DNA of 64,000 nucleotides from a bacterium (GTDB taxonomy: Bacteria; Actinomycetota; Coriobacteriia; Coriobacteriales; QAMH01), in assembly GCA_963642995.1 (NCBI GenBank), contig CAVIIZ010000001.1, forward strand, positions 72,244 through 136,243, written 5' to 3'. Numbering within the stretch: position 1 is the first letter of the stretch; every line of letters starts with the position of its first letter. Made by a program: the position numbers and the translations under genes. A model generated the notes under the pieces. It was given only the letters and a program-made list of their open reading frames with translations, was not told where the DNA came from and did no database searches. Shown piece after piece: positions 10,027-18,827 of the stretch.

Positions 10027-10926
10027 CTACTCGTCGATCTCGTCGATGAGGGCCGTGTCGTCGAGCAGCTCGGACATGGACGTGGAGATGATCTCGTTGT
10101 CTTGCTTCGGGAAAGGCGCCGCGTCCAGGGGGGCAAACGCCTGCTGCCCTGCGGAAAACCCGCCCGAGTGCGCCCCTGCCGCCGCGCCCGCATACGCAAA
10201 CGCGTCCGCACCGTCTAGCACGGGGACGGGTGCCGAGACATCCGAATCGCCTTTCAGGTCCTCGTATTTCGGCAGCACGTCGTTGACGATGTTGTCGGGA
10301 ATCTGCGGCGGCCGCAGGTTCGCGAAGTCGTTTTCCGCCTCGCCGGCAAAACGCGAGAGCAGCTTCTTGTAGTCCTCGCGAAAACGCGCCGCGGAGTTTT
10401 CCAGCGCGTCTATCTCGTTGAGGATGCGCTGTTTCTCGCTCAAGGCCTCGCGGATGAACTCGCGCGCCTTGCCCTCCGACTCGCGATAGATCCGCTCGCC
10501 TTCCGCGCGGGCGTCCTCCTTCAGCGCGTCGGCGCTGCGCTGCGCGGAGATGAAGGCGTTGGATATGGCCGAGTCCATCTCGTTTTTCTCGTCGAGCTGG
10601 CGCTGCAGGGGGGCGAACTTCTCCTGCAGCTGGGCCAGCTTGGATTCCGCCTGGCGCGAGCGGGCCTCGGCTGCAGCCAGGCGCTGCTCGGCCTCGGTCG
10701 CGCGCCTCGTGGCCGCGTCCAGGGCCGCCGTGTCCACGACGGGCTCGGGCGCCGGAGCCGATGCGGGCGCCTCGGCGAGACGCTGCTGCAGCTGTGCGAT
10801 CTGCGCGTTCATGGCATCGACCTCTTGAGCCACACGCTCCAAAAACTCGTCCACCTGCGTGATGTCGTAGCCGCGCATGGAGTGCTCGAAGCCCTCTTGC
10901 TGGATATCAAGTGCCGTGATGGTCAT
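10027..10926 (-). CDS. divIVA: DivIVA domain cell-division/polar-growth protein
   Basis: MTITALDIQQEGFEHSMRGYDITQVDEFLERVAQEV is the DivIVA N-terminal lipid-binding domain, followed by long coiled-coil sequence. Confidence 0.9.
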   Translation of the reverse strand: MTITALDIQQEGFEHSMRGYDITQVDEFLERVAQEVDAMNAQIAQLQQRLAEAPASAPAPEPVVDTAALDAATRRATEAEQRLAAAEARSRQAESKLAQLQEKFAPLQRQLDEKNEMDSAISNAFISAQRSADALKEDARAEGERIYRESEGKAREFIREALSEKQRILNEIDALENSAARFREDYKKLLSRFAGEAENDFANLRPPQIPDNIVNDVLPKYEDLKGDSDVSAPVPVLDGADAFAYAGAAAGAHSGGFSAGQQAFAPLDAAPFPKQDNEIISTSMSELLDDTALIDEIDE

Positions 10927-10939
10927 GGACTCGTCCTTT

Positions 10940-11200
10940 CTACAAAATCATGGAAACGACCCGCGCGATCACCTGCAACACGACGATGGCGACGATGGGA
11001 CTGAGGTCGATCATGCCTATGGGCGGGATTATACGACGAAACAGGCCGAGGTAGGGCTCGCATATGCGGGCGAGCGCGTTGTAGACGTCGGCGACCCAGC
11101 CCGTGCGGTTGGGGATCCAGCTCATCAAGATGTAGATGATGATGAGGCCGGCGTAGAAATCGACGAGTGTCAAGAGGAGGCGTTGTATGGTGTAGAGCAT
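10940..11200 (-). CDS. yggT: YggT family membrane protein
   Basis: 86 aa, two TM segments, ...YILMSWIPNR...LARICEPYLGLFRRIIPPIGMIDLSPIV. Canonical position between sepF and divIVA. Confidence 0.85.
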   Translation of the reverse strand: MLYTIQRLLLTLVDFYAGLIIIYILMSWIPNRTGWVADVYNALARICEPYLGLFRRIIPPIGMIDLSPIVAIVVLQVIARVVSMIL

Positions 11201-11289
11201 GGGGATGGCTTCCTATCGTGTGCGCCGTCCGCAAGGCCGAAGGCAGGCGCGGGAGAGGGCAGGAGACGGACGCGCGACGTGCATGCCCT

Positions 11290-12147
11290 CTAGAGGACGC
11301 CTTGCTTGAAGAGGTAGTCGCGCTCTGTCTGGGTGAGGCCGGTGCCCGAGCCTTGCGCGAAGACGAAGACGCGGTCTGCCGCCTTGTCCACCGTGCCGTT
11401 CAAGGCGCTGGCCACGCCGAAGGAGAAGTCGAGCACGCGTTTTGCCAGCTCGGGCTTCGTGTTTTTCAGGTCCAAGACCACCGACTTGCCCGCTTTCGCC
11501 GCATTTGCCACCTTCTCCACGTCCGCGTACGCCTTCGGAGCGACGATCGCGAGATGGGCCGCCGGGTCGCGGTGGATCTGCTTGACGTCGGAGTCGAACT
11601 GCGAGTAGGGGTCGCCTGCCGAAGCGGAGCGCGGCGCATGCGTGCCCACGGCGCCAAGCGAGCTGCGCGGCGCCTGGCGGGCAGACGGAGAAGCCGAGCT
11701 GAGGTCGTCGTAGACCTCCTCGCGCGTGTAAGACGGGCCGGTGTGCTCGATGAAGGACGGGTCGTCCGGGGTGCCCCATGCCGTGCCGGAAGCCGAGGCG
11801 TCCGAACCCGTGCGCGAGAAGCCGCGGCGGGAGCCGTATCCGGTGCCGCGCGAGGAACCGTACCCCGATTTCCTCGAGGAATAGCCGCCCGAGGCGACAT
11901 CGCCGTCGGAAGAGGCGACACGGGGCCTGCGGCCGGAGTCGATGCGGATGTTCTCGAATTTGTCGGGATTGTAGTCGTCGAAGGCGATGACGTCGGCCGA
12001 GGAGGAAGACGACTCGACGGGATTGCCGAAATCGTCGTACTCGGCGCCCGTGGAGTAGTCGTCTGCGGCGGGGTCGAGCTCGTCTTCTTGCCACTCGGGC
12101 TTGTCGCCAAATCCGAGCTTGTCTTTCATCTCGCCGAAAAGACCCAC
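11290..12147 (-). CDS. sepF: cell division protein SepF
   Basis: N-terminal amphipathic (GTG)GLFGEMKDKLGFG and a long Ser/Gly/Asp/Arg-rich linker. The C-terminal FtsZ-binding core is IVAPKAYADVEKVANAAKAGKSVVLDLKNTKPELAKRVLDFSFGVASALNGTV.K..DRVFVF. Confidence 0.9.
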   Translation of the reverse strand: MGLFGEMKDKLGFGDKPEWQEDELDPAADDYSTGAEYDDFGNPVESSSSSADVIAFDDYNPDKFENIRIDSGRRPRVASSDGDVASGGYSSRKSGYGSSRGTGYGSRRGFSRTGSDASASGTAWGTPDDPSFIEHTGPSYTREEVYDDLSSASPSARQAPRSSLGAVGTHAPRSASAGDPYSQFDSDVKQIHRDPAAHLAIVAPKAYADVEKVANAAKAGKSVVLDLKNTKPELAKRVLDFSFGVASALNGTVDKAADRVFVFAQGSGTGLTQTERDYLFKQGVL

Positions 12148-12186
12148 GTCTCGTATCCTCCAAAACCGTCGATATGGCGCGCGTCT

Positions 12187-12885
12187 TCAGGATAGAGGGC
12201 GGAAATCCTCGCTGAAGATGCGCCTGCCGATGCGAACCATGGTGGAGCCCTCCGCTATGGCCTGCTCGTAGTCCTCGGACATGCCCATGGAAAGCTCGTC
12301 CATCGAGATAGTATCATGCCCGTTGTAGCGCCGCGCCATATTCTCTGCAAGTTTTCGCAAACCTTCAAAAGTTTCACGCGCCACGCGCGCGTCGCCTCTA
12401 GGCGCCATGGTCATGAGGCCCAGGCAGCGCAGGTGGGGGGATGCGGCAACGCGCTCCATGAAGGCCGGCAGCTCGGCCGCGGGCACGCCCCCCTTGGCGC
12501 TCTCGCCTGCCACGGACACCTCGACGAGCACGTCTTGGACGACGCCTTTGGCGGCCGATGCGCGCTCCAGGGCGCAAAGCAGGCTGTCGTGGTCGAGCGA
12601 GTGGACGAGATGCGCCGCGCCTGCCACCTTGGCCGCCTTGTTCGACTGCAGGGAGCCGATGAAATGCCAGCGCGCCTGCGGGTACAGCCCGCGCTTTTCG
12701 GTGAAGGGCTTGACGCGGTTTTCACCGAAGTCCGTCATGCCGCAGGAAAGCGCCTCGGCGATGACGGGCGCCTCGACGGTCTTGGAGACGGCGAGCACCT
12801 TCACCTCATGCGGATCGCGTCCGTATCTCCTGCAGGCGGCCGCCACCTCGGCGCAGGCGGCCTCCCAACGCTCTTTCAGTCCCAT
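12187..12885 (-). CDS. yggS: YggS/YlmE family pyridoxal-phosphate homeostasis protein
   Basis: VKVLAVSKT (PLP lysine), FGENRVKPF, WHFIGSLQSNK, LSMGMSEDYEQAI, MVRIGRRIF. ATG 12885 overlaps the pgeF 3' end by 10 nt. Confidence 0.92.
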   Translation of the reverse strand: MGLKERWEAACAEVAAACRRYGRDPHEVKVLAVSKTVEAPVIAEALSCGMTDFGENRVKPFTEKRGLYPQARWHFIGSLQSNKAAKVAGAAHLVHSLDHDSLLCALERASAAKGVVQDVLVEVSVAGESAKGGVPAAELPAFMERVAASPHLRCLGLMTMAPRGDARVARETFEGLRKLAENMARRYNGHDTISMDELSMGMSEDYEQAIAEGSTMVRIGRRIFSEDFRPLS

Positions 12886-13898
12886 GTGCCCGTGCCCTCC
12901 TTGCAAGCGTAGGCGCCGTGGCGGCCGGTCGCGGCGCCATGCGCGCGGTAGGAATAATAGTCCCCGGAGCTGCACGAGGTGCATATGCCCGCGTCCACGA
13001 TGCGGGACGGGTCGGCTCCGGCGGCCAGCAGGTCGGATGCGACTGCCGCCGCCAGGTCCAGATGGCGCCCGCCCGCATCGCAGGCAGCGCCGAAGGCCTC
13101 GGTGAAGCGCGCGAGCACCTCGGCAGACGTCTCGTAGCAGCATGCCCCGATATGAGGGCCTATGTAGGCGTTGCACTGCCCGGGCGCGCAGCCCGCCTCG
13201 CAGGCCAGGGCCGAAAGCGCCGCGCCCGAGATGCCGCCGAGCGCGCCGCGCCACCCTGCATGGACCACGGCAAACGCCCCGCCCGGCGCGACGAGCACGA
13301 CGGGCACGCAATCGGCGAAGCACAAGAGCACGGGCACGTCCGGGCAGGTGCACACGACGCCGTCGCTGCCGGCGCGGGCGTCGGCCTGCGCGCGCTCCAC
13401 GTCCCCTTCCCCGCCGCCGTCCACGACTACGAGCCGGGTGCCGTGCACCTGGTCGGGCACGACGAGGCGCTCTTGCAGGCGCGCGGCGCCGAGCGCGTGG
13501 AGCAGGCGGCGCCTGTTGGCCGCGACCGCATCCGCATCGTCGCCCACCTTGTCCGAGAGGTTCAACGAGGAAAAAGGGCCGGCGCTCACGCCGCCCGCGC
13601 GCGACGAGAACGCGATGCGCACGCCGCATGCGTCGAAAAGGCGCGAGTCGACGAGCAGGTCGAGCCCGGAGCTCTCAGCGCCGCATGCGGCGGTTTCAGA
13701 TACGCCGCAGGCTCCATCGTGCGAAAACCGGGCGGGCGCCGCATCCGCCGCATGCGGCAGATGCGCCGCGTCGTCGCCGTCATGCCGGTCGCGCGCCCCA
13801 TCCGGGCAGGAAGGCGCGCCTTCCAGGGAAAAGGAAATCCGCGCCAGCCGGGGCAGCGGCAGACGCGGATTCGAGTGCTCGTGTTTGCTCGAGGGCAT
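12876..13898 (-). CDS. pgeF: YfiH/PgeF (DUF152) peptidoglycan editing factor / laccase-domain protein
   Basis: IAFSSRAGGVS...LNLS......QVHG......CFADCVPVVL....AVVHAGWRG...IGPHIGACCYE...LD.......G......CTSC....YYSYR. ATG 13898 lies 5 nt after the ftsZ stop and gives a ~90-aa N-terminal extension, so the true start could be internal. Confidence 0.85.
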   Translation of the reverse strand: MPSSKHEHSNPRLPLPRLARISFSLEGAPSCPDGARDRHDGDDAAHLPHAADAAPARFSHDGACGVSETAACGAESSGLDLLVDSRLFDACGVRIAFSSRAGGVSAGPFSSLNLSDKVGDDADAVAANRRRLLHALGAARLQERLVVPDQVHGTRLVVVDGGGEGDVERAQADARAGSDGVVCTCPDVPVLLCFADCVPVVLVAPGGAFAVVHAGWRGALGGISGAALSALACEAGCAPGQCNAYIGPHIGACCYETSAEVLARFTEAFGAACDAGGRHLDLAAAVASDLLAAGADPSRIVDAGICTSCSSGDYYSYRAHGAATGRHGAYACKEGTGTWD

Positions 13899-13903
13899 GC
13901 GCG

Positions 13904-15007
13904 CTAGTAGCGGCTGCGCTTGAGGAAATCCGGGATGTCGTCGTCGAAGAGCGCGTTGATGGAGGCGTCGTCTGCGGCGGCCGTGCCGTTCGAGCGCACA
14001 TGCGAGGCGGGCCTGCCCGAACGGACGTCGCGCGGGTCCTCGTCTTGGCGCGGCTCGTTTTTGAAGCCCGTGGCGATGACGGTGATGCGTATCTGGTCGT
14101 CGAGCGAGTCGTCGATGGCCGTGCCGAAGATGATGTCGGCTTCCGGGTCGGCCGCGTCGTTGATGATGCGCGAGGCCTCGTCGACTTCTTCCAGGGGCAG
14201 GTCCGACGGGCCGGTGATGGAGTAGAGGATGCGCGTGGCGCCTTGCACGGAGCTTTCGAGCAGCTTCGAGCTGACGGCCTGCGTGGCCGCCTCGCTGGCC
14301 CGGTTTTCGCCGGAGGCGATGCCGATGCCCATCATGGCAGTGCCCGCGCCCTTCATGATGGTGCGGACGTCGGCGAAGTCGAGGTTGATGAGGCCGGGGA
14401 TGGTGATGAGGTCCGTGATGCCCTGGGTGCCCTGGCGCAAGATGTCGTCGGCGATGCGGAAGGCGTCGAGCATGGAGGTGCGCTTCTCGATGACCTGCAT
14501 GAGGCGGTCGTTGGGGATGACGATGAGGGTGTCGACGTTTTCGGAGAGCACCGCGATGCCCTCCTCGGCGCGCACCATGCGCTTGCGCCCCTCGAAGCCG
14601 AAGGGCTTGGTGACGACGGCCACCGTGAGCGCCCCGATCTCCTCCATGGCGATCTCTGCCACGACGGGAGCCGCGCCCGTGCCCGTGCCGCCGCCCTCGC
14701 CCGCCGTGACGAAGACCATATCGGCGCCGGCGAGCGCGTCGCGGATGTCGTTTCTGGACTCCTCTGCCGCCTGGCAGCCTATCTCGGGGTTCGCGCCCGC
14801 GCCCAGGCCGCGCGTGAGCTCCTCGCCGATGTGGACCGTGCGGTCCGCGTCGCACATGAGCAATGCCTGGCGGTCGGTGTTGATGGCGATGAACTCGACG
14901 CCCTTGACGCCTGCCTCGACCATGCGGTTGACGGCGTTCGTGCCGCCGCCGCCGACGCCGACGACCTTGATGACTGCCAGATGGTCCGCTCCTGCTATAT
15001 CGGGCAT
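13904..15007 (-). CDS. ftsZ: cell division GTPase FtsZ
   Basis: [50 protein letters not shown] (tubulin signature), NLDFADV. The C-terminal peptide is [12 protein letters not shown] 15007 has a GGAGGA SD. Confidence 0.97.
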   Translation of the reverse strand: MPDIAGADHLAVIKVVGVGGGGTNAVNRMVEAGVKGVEFIAINTDRQALLMCDADRTVHIGEELTRGLGAGANPEIGCQAAEESRNDIRDALAGADMVFVTAGEGGGTGTGAAPVVAEIAMEEIGALTVAVVTKPFGFEGRKRMVRAEEGIAVLSENVDTLIVIPNDRLMQVIEKRTSMLDAFRIADDILRQGTQGITDLITIPGLINLDFADVRTIMKGAGTAMMGIGIASGENRASEAATQAVSSKLLESSVQGATRILYSITGPSDLPLEEVDEASRIINDAADPEADIIFGTAIDDSLDDQIRITVIATGFKNEPRQDEDPRDVRSGRPASHVRSNGTAAADDASINALFDDDIPDFLKRSRY

Positions 15008-15105
15008 TTCGTATCCTCCAGCTTTTCTTTTCTTCACTACAAGCCCCGAAGCCTTCCCCCGCGCAGGCGCGGCGCAAAGCCCCGGCAAGCATGGAAACCT
15101 TGCAA

Positions 15106-15135
15106 ATTGTACCCCAATGCTGGCATTTTTCATAA
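15106..15135 (-). promoter_or_regulatory. candidate sigma-70-type promoter in the AT-rich ftsQ-ftsZ spacer
   Basis: The minus strand reads TTATGA (15130-15135), 18 nt, then TACAAT (15106-15111), about 100 nt upstream of the ftsZ ATG. This is the only AT-rich patch in the 166-nt spacer. Confidence 0.3.
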
Positions 15136-15173
15136 AAGTATCGAAATAAGCCTCAAATAATCCCGCAAGGGGG

Positions 15174-16304
15174 CTATTCCTGCGCGTTTTGGGCCGACTG
15201 CCCCGTCTGATTGTCGTCTGCCCCCAACGCGCGGTAGGTGGGGCGCGAGGGCACGCGCACATTGATGTAGGAGACCTGACCTGCGAATTTGTCGAGTATG
15301 CCCCATATGGCCGCCTCCTTGGCGGCAACCTCGCTCGCGTCCCCGAAGGCCACGTTCACGCCGTTTTTCAGGTTCAGGGAGGTCTTGGCCGCAGACGGCG
15401 CCGAGATGGTGTCGAGCTCGCCTTTCGTGCGCTCGCCCAGCGCAGAGACCACCTTCAAGGCGTTCATGATGCCCTCGTCGCCGCAGGCCACCCCGGAAAC
15501 GGGCGCGGACATGGAGGCGTCCACGTCGACGATGCGCGGGTTTTTCTCCCAGTCGGCGCCGGTGGCCGCCGAAAGCCAGGCGCCGTCGGCTGCCACCACC
15601 CAGGTGCTCTTCTCGTTCACGCGGACGGCGGCAGCCGGCTCGCGCTCCACGATGGAAAGCTCCACGGTGCCGGGAAAGACGCGCTTCACCTCGACGCTTT
15701 GCACCCAGGCGTTTTGCGCCAGGCGCTGCCTGATGCCGTCTTCGTCGAGGCGCAGCAGCGTGGAATCGGCCGCCACTGCGGCGAGGCGGGTGATCTCGTG
15801 GTCGGTGAGATGCGAGACGCCGGAGACCGTGACGTTTTCCACGTGGAAGGCGTCGGAGCGGTAGAGGAAGATCGCGCCGAATATGACGCCCAGCACGAGC
15901 ATTATGCCGAGGAGTATGCGCAGCACGTATCCCTTGTAGGCGTTTTTCGCACGGCGCTCGCGCTCGGCGGCGCGCAGCTGGGCCTTGGTCTTGGGGCGGC
16001 GCAGAGCCTGCTCGCCGCCAGACGACGCGGCGCGAGGAGAGCCGGATGCGCCGTCGCGGGAAAGCTCGCGCGCACGGCCTCTCCCCTTGCGCGAAGAGGA
16101 ACGGGCCTGCGTGCGCGAGGCGCGCGAAGACGATGGCGCAGAAGACGCGCGCACGCTCTTGCGGACCGCCTTGCCGGCAGAGGCCCCCGCGCGCCTTCCC
16201 TTGGCAGACGCGTTTTCGCGGGCACCCGCACGCGATGCGCGGCCGGCGACGGAAGATGCGCGGGACGCGCCCCTTTTCGGCTTTCGGGATGCCATGTCGA
16301 CCAA
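15174..16304 (-). CDS. ftsQ: cell division protein FtsQ/DivIB (POTRA domain)
   Basis: ~115-aa Arg/Ser/Ala-rich cytoplasmic head and a single TM ([19 protein letters not shown]). POTRA-like [19 protein letters not shown] is followed by the FtsQ beta domain. Start is TTG 16304 or ATG 16295. Confidence 0.85.
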   Translation of the reverse strand: MVDMASRKPKRGASRASSVAGRASRAGARENASAKGRRAGASAGKAVRKSVRASSAPSSSRASRTQARSSSRKGRGRARELSRDGASGSPRAASSGGEQALRRPKTKAQLRAAERERRAKNAYKGYVLRILLGIMLVLGVIFGAIFLYRSDAFHVENVTVSGVSHLTDHEITRLAAVAADSTLLRLDEDGIRQRLAQNAWVQSVEVKRVFPGTVELSIVEREPAAAVRVNEKSTWVVAADGAWLSAATGADWEKNPRIVDVDASMSAPVSGVACGDEGIMNALKVVSALGERTKGELDTISAPSAAKTSLNLKNGVNVAFGDASEVAAKEAAIWGILDKFAGQVSYINVRVPSRPTYRALGADDNQTGQSAQNAQE

Positions 16305-16323
16305 TCGCTTCCCCCGCGGCCTT

Positions 16324-17721
16324 CTAGCAGCTCCCCCGCGAGAATGCGGCGAGCAGGTCCGGGCCTATGGAGGTGACGTCGCCTGCGCCCATGGTGATGA
16401 CGAGGTCGCCGTCCGAGAGCTTGCCGCCCAGATAGGGCACGACCTCGCGGCGATGCGGCATCCAGGCGACCTGCTGGCGCGGGTCGGCGGCAAGCATCGC
16501 GTCGACGACGGTCTTGCCGTTGACCCCGGGCACGGGCGCCTCGCCTGCCGGGTAGACGTCCATGACGGTGACGCTGTCGGCGTCTTCGAAGGCCTCGCCG
16601 AACATCGGCGCAAGCGAGACGGTGCGCGAGTAGCGATGCGGCTGGAACAACACGTGGACATGAGAGAAGTCCAGCTCGCGGGCGGCGGAAAGCGTCGCCT
16701 TTATCTCGGTGGGATGGTGCGCGTAATCGTCGACGATGGTGACGCCGCACGCTTCGCCCACCAGGTCGAAGCGACGGCGCACGCCGGAAAAGGTCTCGAG
16801 GGCGGCGGCGGCGGCATCGACGTCGAGGCCGAGCGCCCAGACGACGCACAAGACGCCCGTCGCGTTCGAGACGTTGTGCACGCCGGGGTTTCTCGTGATG
16901 GCGGCGTCGACATGGCTGCCGTCGGGGAATTCGACGGTGAAGGTGTGCCCTATGCCGGCACGCCCGGTGACGGTGTAGAACGCGTCGGCGCCCGCGCAGC
17001 CGGCAGGGCCGTAGGCGATGGCGCGAGGGGCGCTCCTGCGGGCAAGCTCGACCAGGCGCGCGTCCTCGGCGCACACGACCGCCGCGCCGTCCGCGGGGAC
17101 GAGGCCGAGGAAATCTCCGAAGGCCGCGTAGATGGCGTCGAGGGTGCCGTAGTGGTCGAGGTGGTCGGGCTCGACGTTGGTGACGAGCGCGACGTGGGGG
17201 AAGAGGTGCACGAACGAGCCGTCGGACTCGTCGGCCTCGACTATGTAGTAGTCGCCGGACCCGCTGGCCGCGTTCGTGCCGTAGCCGTCGATGGTGCCGC
17301 CTATGAGAAAGCTCGGGTCCAGCCCCATGCGGTCGATGGTGCAGGCCAGCATGGAGGAGGAGGTGGTCTTGCCGTGGGTGCCCGCGCAGGCAAGCGTCTT
17401 CTTTTCCCGCCCCAGCTCGGCGAGCATCTGCGAGCGGTGCCACACCTCGACGCCCGTTTCGCGGGCGCGTGCCAGCTCGGGGTTCTTCTCGGGGATGGCC
17501 GACGAGACGACGACGATGTCGGCGTCGGCGGGCAGGTTTGCCGCGTCGTGCCCGATGAAGACCTCGACGCCTGCCTGCACCAGGCGCTTCGTGGAACGCG
17601 ACTCCTTCATGTCCGAGCCCGAGACGCGGTGGCCGCGCTGGGCGGCGACGAGCGCGATGCCGGACATGCCGACCCCGCCTATGCCTATGAAATGCAGTTT
17701 CTTCACGATGCCCCTTCGCAT
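16324..17721 (-). CDS. murC: UDP-N-acetylmuramate--L-alanine ligase
   Basis: KKLHFIGIGGVGMSGIALV...GSD......AGTHGKTTTSSML...IVEADESDGSF...DDYAHHPTEI. ATG 17721 overlaps the murG 3' end by 19 nt. The upstream part of the 981-aa track ORF is shadow. Confidence 0.93.
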   Translation of the reverse strand: MRRGIVKKLHFIGIGGVGMSGIALVAAQRGHRVSGSDMKESRSTKRLVQAGVEVFIGHDAANLPADADIVVVSSAIPEKNPELARARETGVEVWHRSQMLAELGREKKTLACAGTHGKTTSSSMLACTIDRMGLDPSFLIGGTIDGYGTNAASGSGDYYIVEADESDGSFVHLFPHVALVTNVEPDHLDHYGTLDAIYAAFGDFLGLVPADGAAVVCAEDARLVELARRSAPRAIAYGPAGCAGADAFYTVTGRAGIGHTFTVEFPDGSHVDAAITRNPGVHNVSNATGVLCVVWALGLDVDAAAAALETFSGVRRRFDLVGEACGVTIVDDYAHHPTEIKATLSAARELDFSHVHVLFQPHRYSRTVSLAPMFGEAFEDADSVTVMDVYPAGEAPVPGVNGKTVVDAMLAADPRQQVAWMPHRREVVPYLGGKLSDGDLVITMGAGDVTSIGPDLLAAFSRGSC

Positions 17722-18827
17722 CCGCTGTTCTGTGCGAGGCGAACCGCCACATCGGCAAGCGTCTTTCGGGCGTTTGCGCCCGAAAGCCCCTCGCAGGCTT
17801 TGCGCATGGTAGCACGGCGCCGCGCGTCGCCGGCGAGACCCAAGACCGCCGAGGAGAACTGCACGCCTTCTACATCCGCGTCCGCGACGAGGACCGCCGC
17901 GCCGGAATCGACGTAGGCGCGCGCGTTGAGGGTCTGGTGGTCGCCGCGGGCATGGGGGTAGGGCACGAGGACGGCCGGCACGTGCAAGGTGGCGAGCTCT
18001 GCCAACGAGGAGGCGCCCGCACGCGAGACGGCGAAGTCGCAGGCGGCCATGCACTCCCCCATGCGCTCGATGTAGGGAAAGACCTTCCAGCGGGCTTCTT
18101 CTCGCGGGCCGAGCGCGAGGGCCTCCTTCACGAAATCGAGGTCTTGCGCGCCGGTCGAATGCACGACGACGAGGCCGTCTACGGCGAGCAGCCGCTCTTT
18201 CAGGGCGCATATCGCCGCGTTCAGCCGGTGTGCGCCGAGGCTTCCGCCCGTGACGAGCACGACGGTCGCGTCGGCGCCCACCCCGAGCATGGCGCGCCCT
18301 GCCGCGCGGTCGTTTTCCCCGACGCTTTTGCGCACGGGATTGCCGCAGACGATGCACTCGCCTGCGGGCTTCAGGAAGTCGCGCGAGGCCCCGTAGGTGA
18401 GCGCGGTGACGTCGGCCGCGCGGGCGAGGTAGTCGTTTGCCATGCCGGGCACGGAGTTCTGCTCGTGGATGACGAGCGGGATCTTCATCGCGTGCGCCGC
18501 GCGCCCCACGGGTATGGACACGTAGGCGCCGAATCCCAGCACGGCGTCGGGGCGGCGCGTGGAGAACATGGCCTCGACCTTTTTCGTGGCAGACAAAAGC
18601 TTTGCCGCCGAGGAGAGAAGCGTCCAGGGCCTGGCCTTGTCGAAGCCGGCGACGGAAAGCCCGGTGAACGGAAAGCCCGCCTCGGGCACCAGGCGCGCCT
18701 CCATGCGGTCGTCCGTGCCCACGAACGCGACCTCGTGCCCGCGCCCGCGCAACTCGTCGGCGACGGCGAGCGCCGGGTTGATGTGGCCGGCGGTGCCGCC
18801 GGCGGAAACGACGAAGTACATGCTCAT
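17703..18827 (-). CDS. murG: undecaprenyldiphospho-muramoylpentapeptide beta-N-acetylglucosaminyltransferase
   Basis: FVVSAGGTAGHINPALAVADEL...VTGGSLGA...VSRAGASSLAELA. ATG 18827 overlaps the ftsW stop (ATGA). Confidence 0.95.
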   Translation of the reverse strand: MSMYFVVSAGGTAGHINPALAVADELRGRGHEVAFVGTDDRMEARLVPEAGFPFTGLSVAGFDKARPWTLLSSAAKLLSATKKVEAMFSTRRPDAVLGFGAYVSIPVGRAAHAMKIPLVIHEQNSVPGMANDYLARAADVTALTYGASRDFLKPAGECIVCGNPVRKSVGENDRAAGRAMLGVGADATVVLVTGGSLGAHRLNAAICALKERLLAVDGLVVVHSTGAQDLDFVKEALALGPREEARWKVFPYIERMGECMAACDFAVSRAGASSLAELATLHVPAVLVPYPHARGDHQTLNARAYVDSGAAVLVADADVEGVQFSSAVLGLAGDARRRATMRKACEGLSGANARKTLADVAVRLAQNSGCEGAS

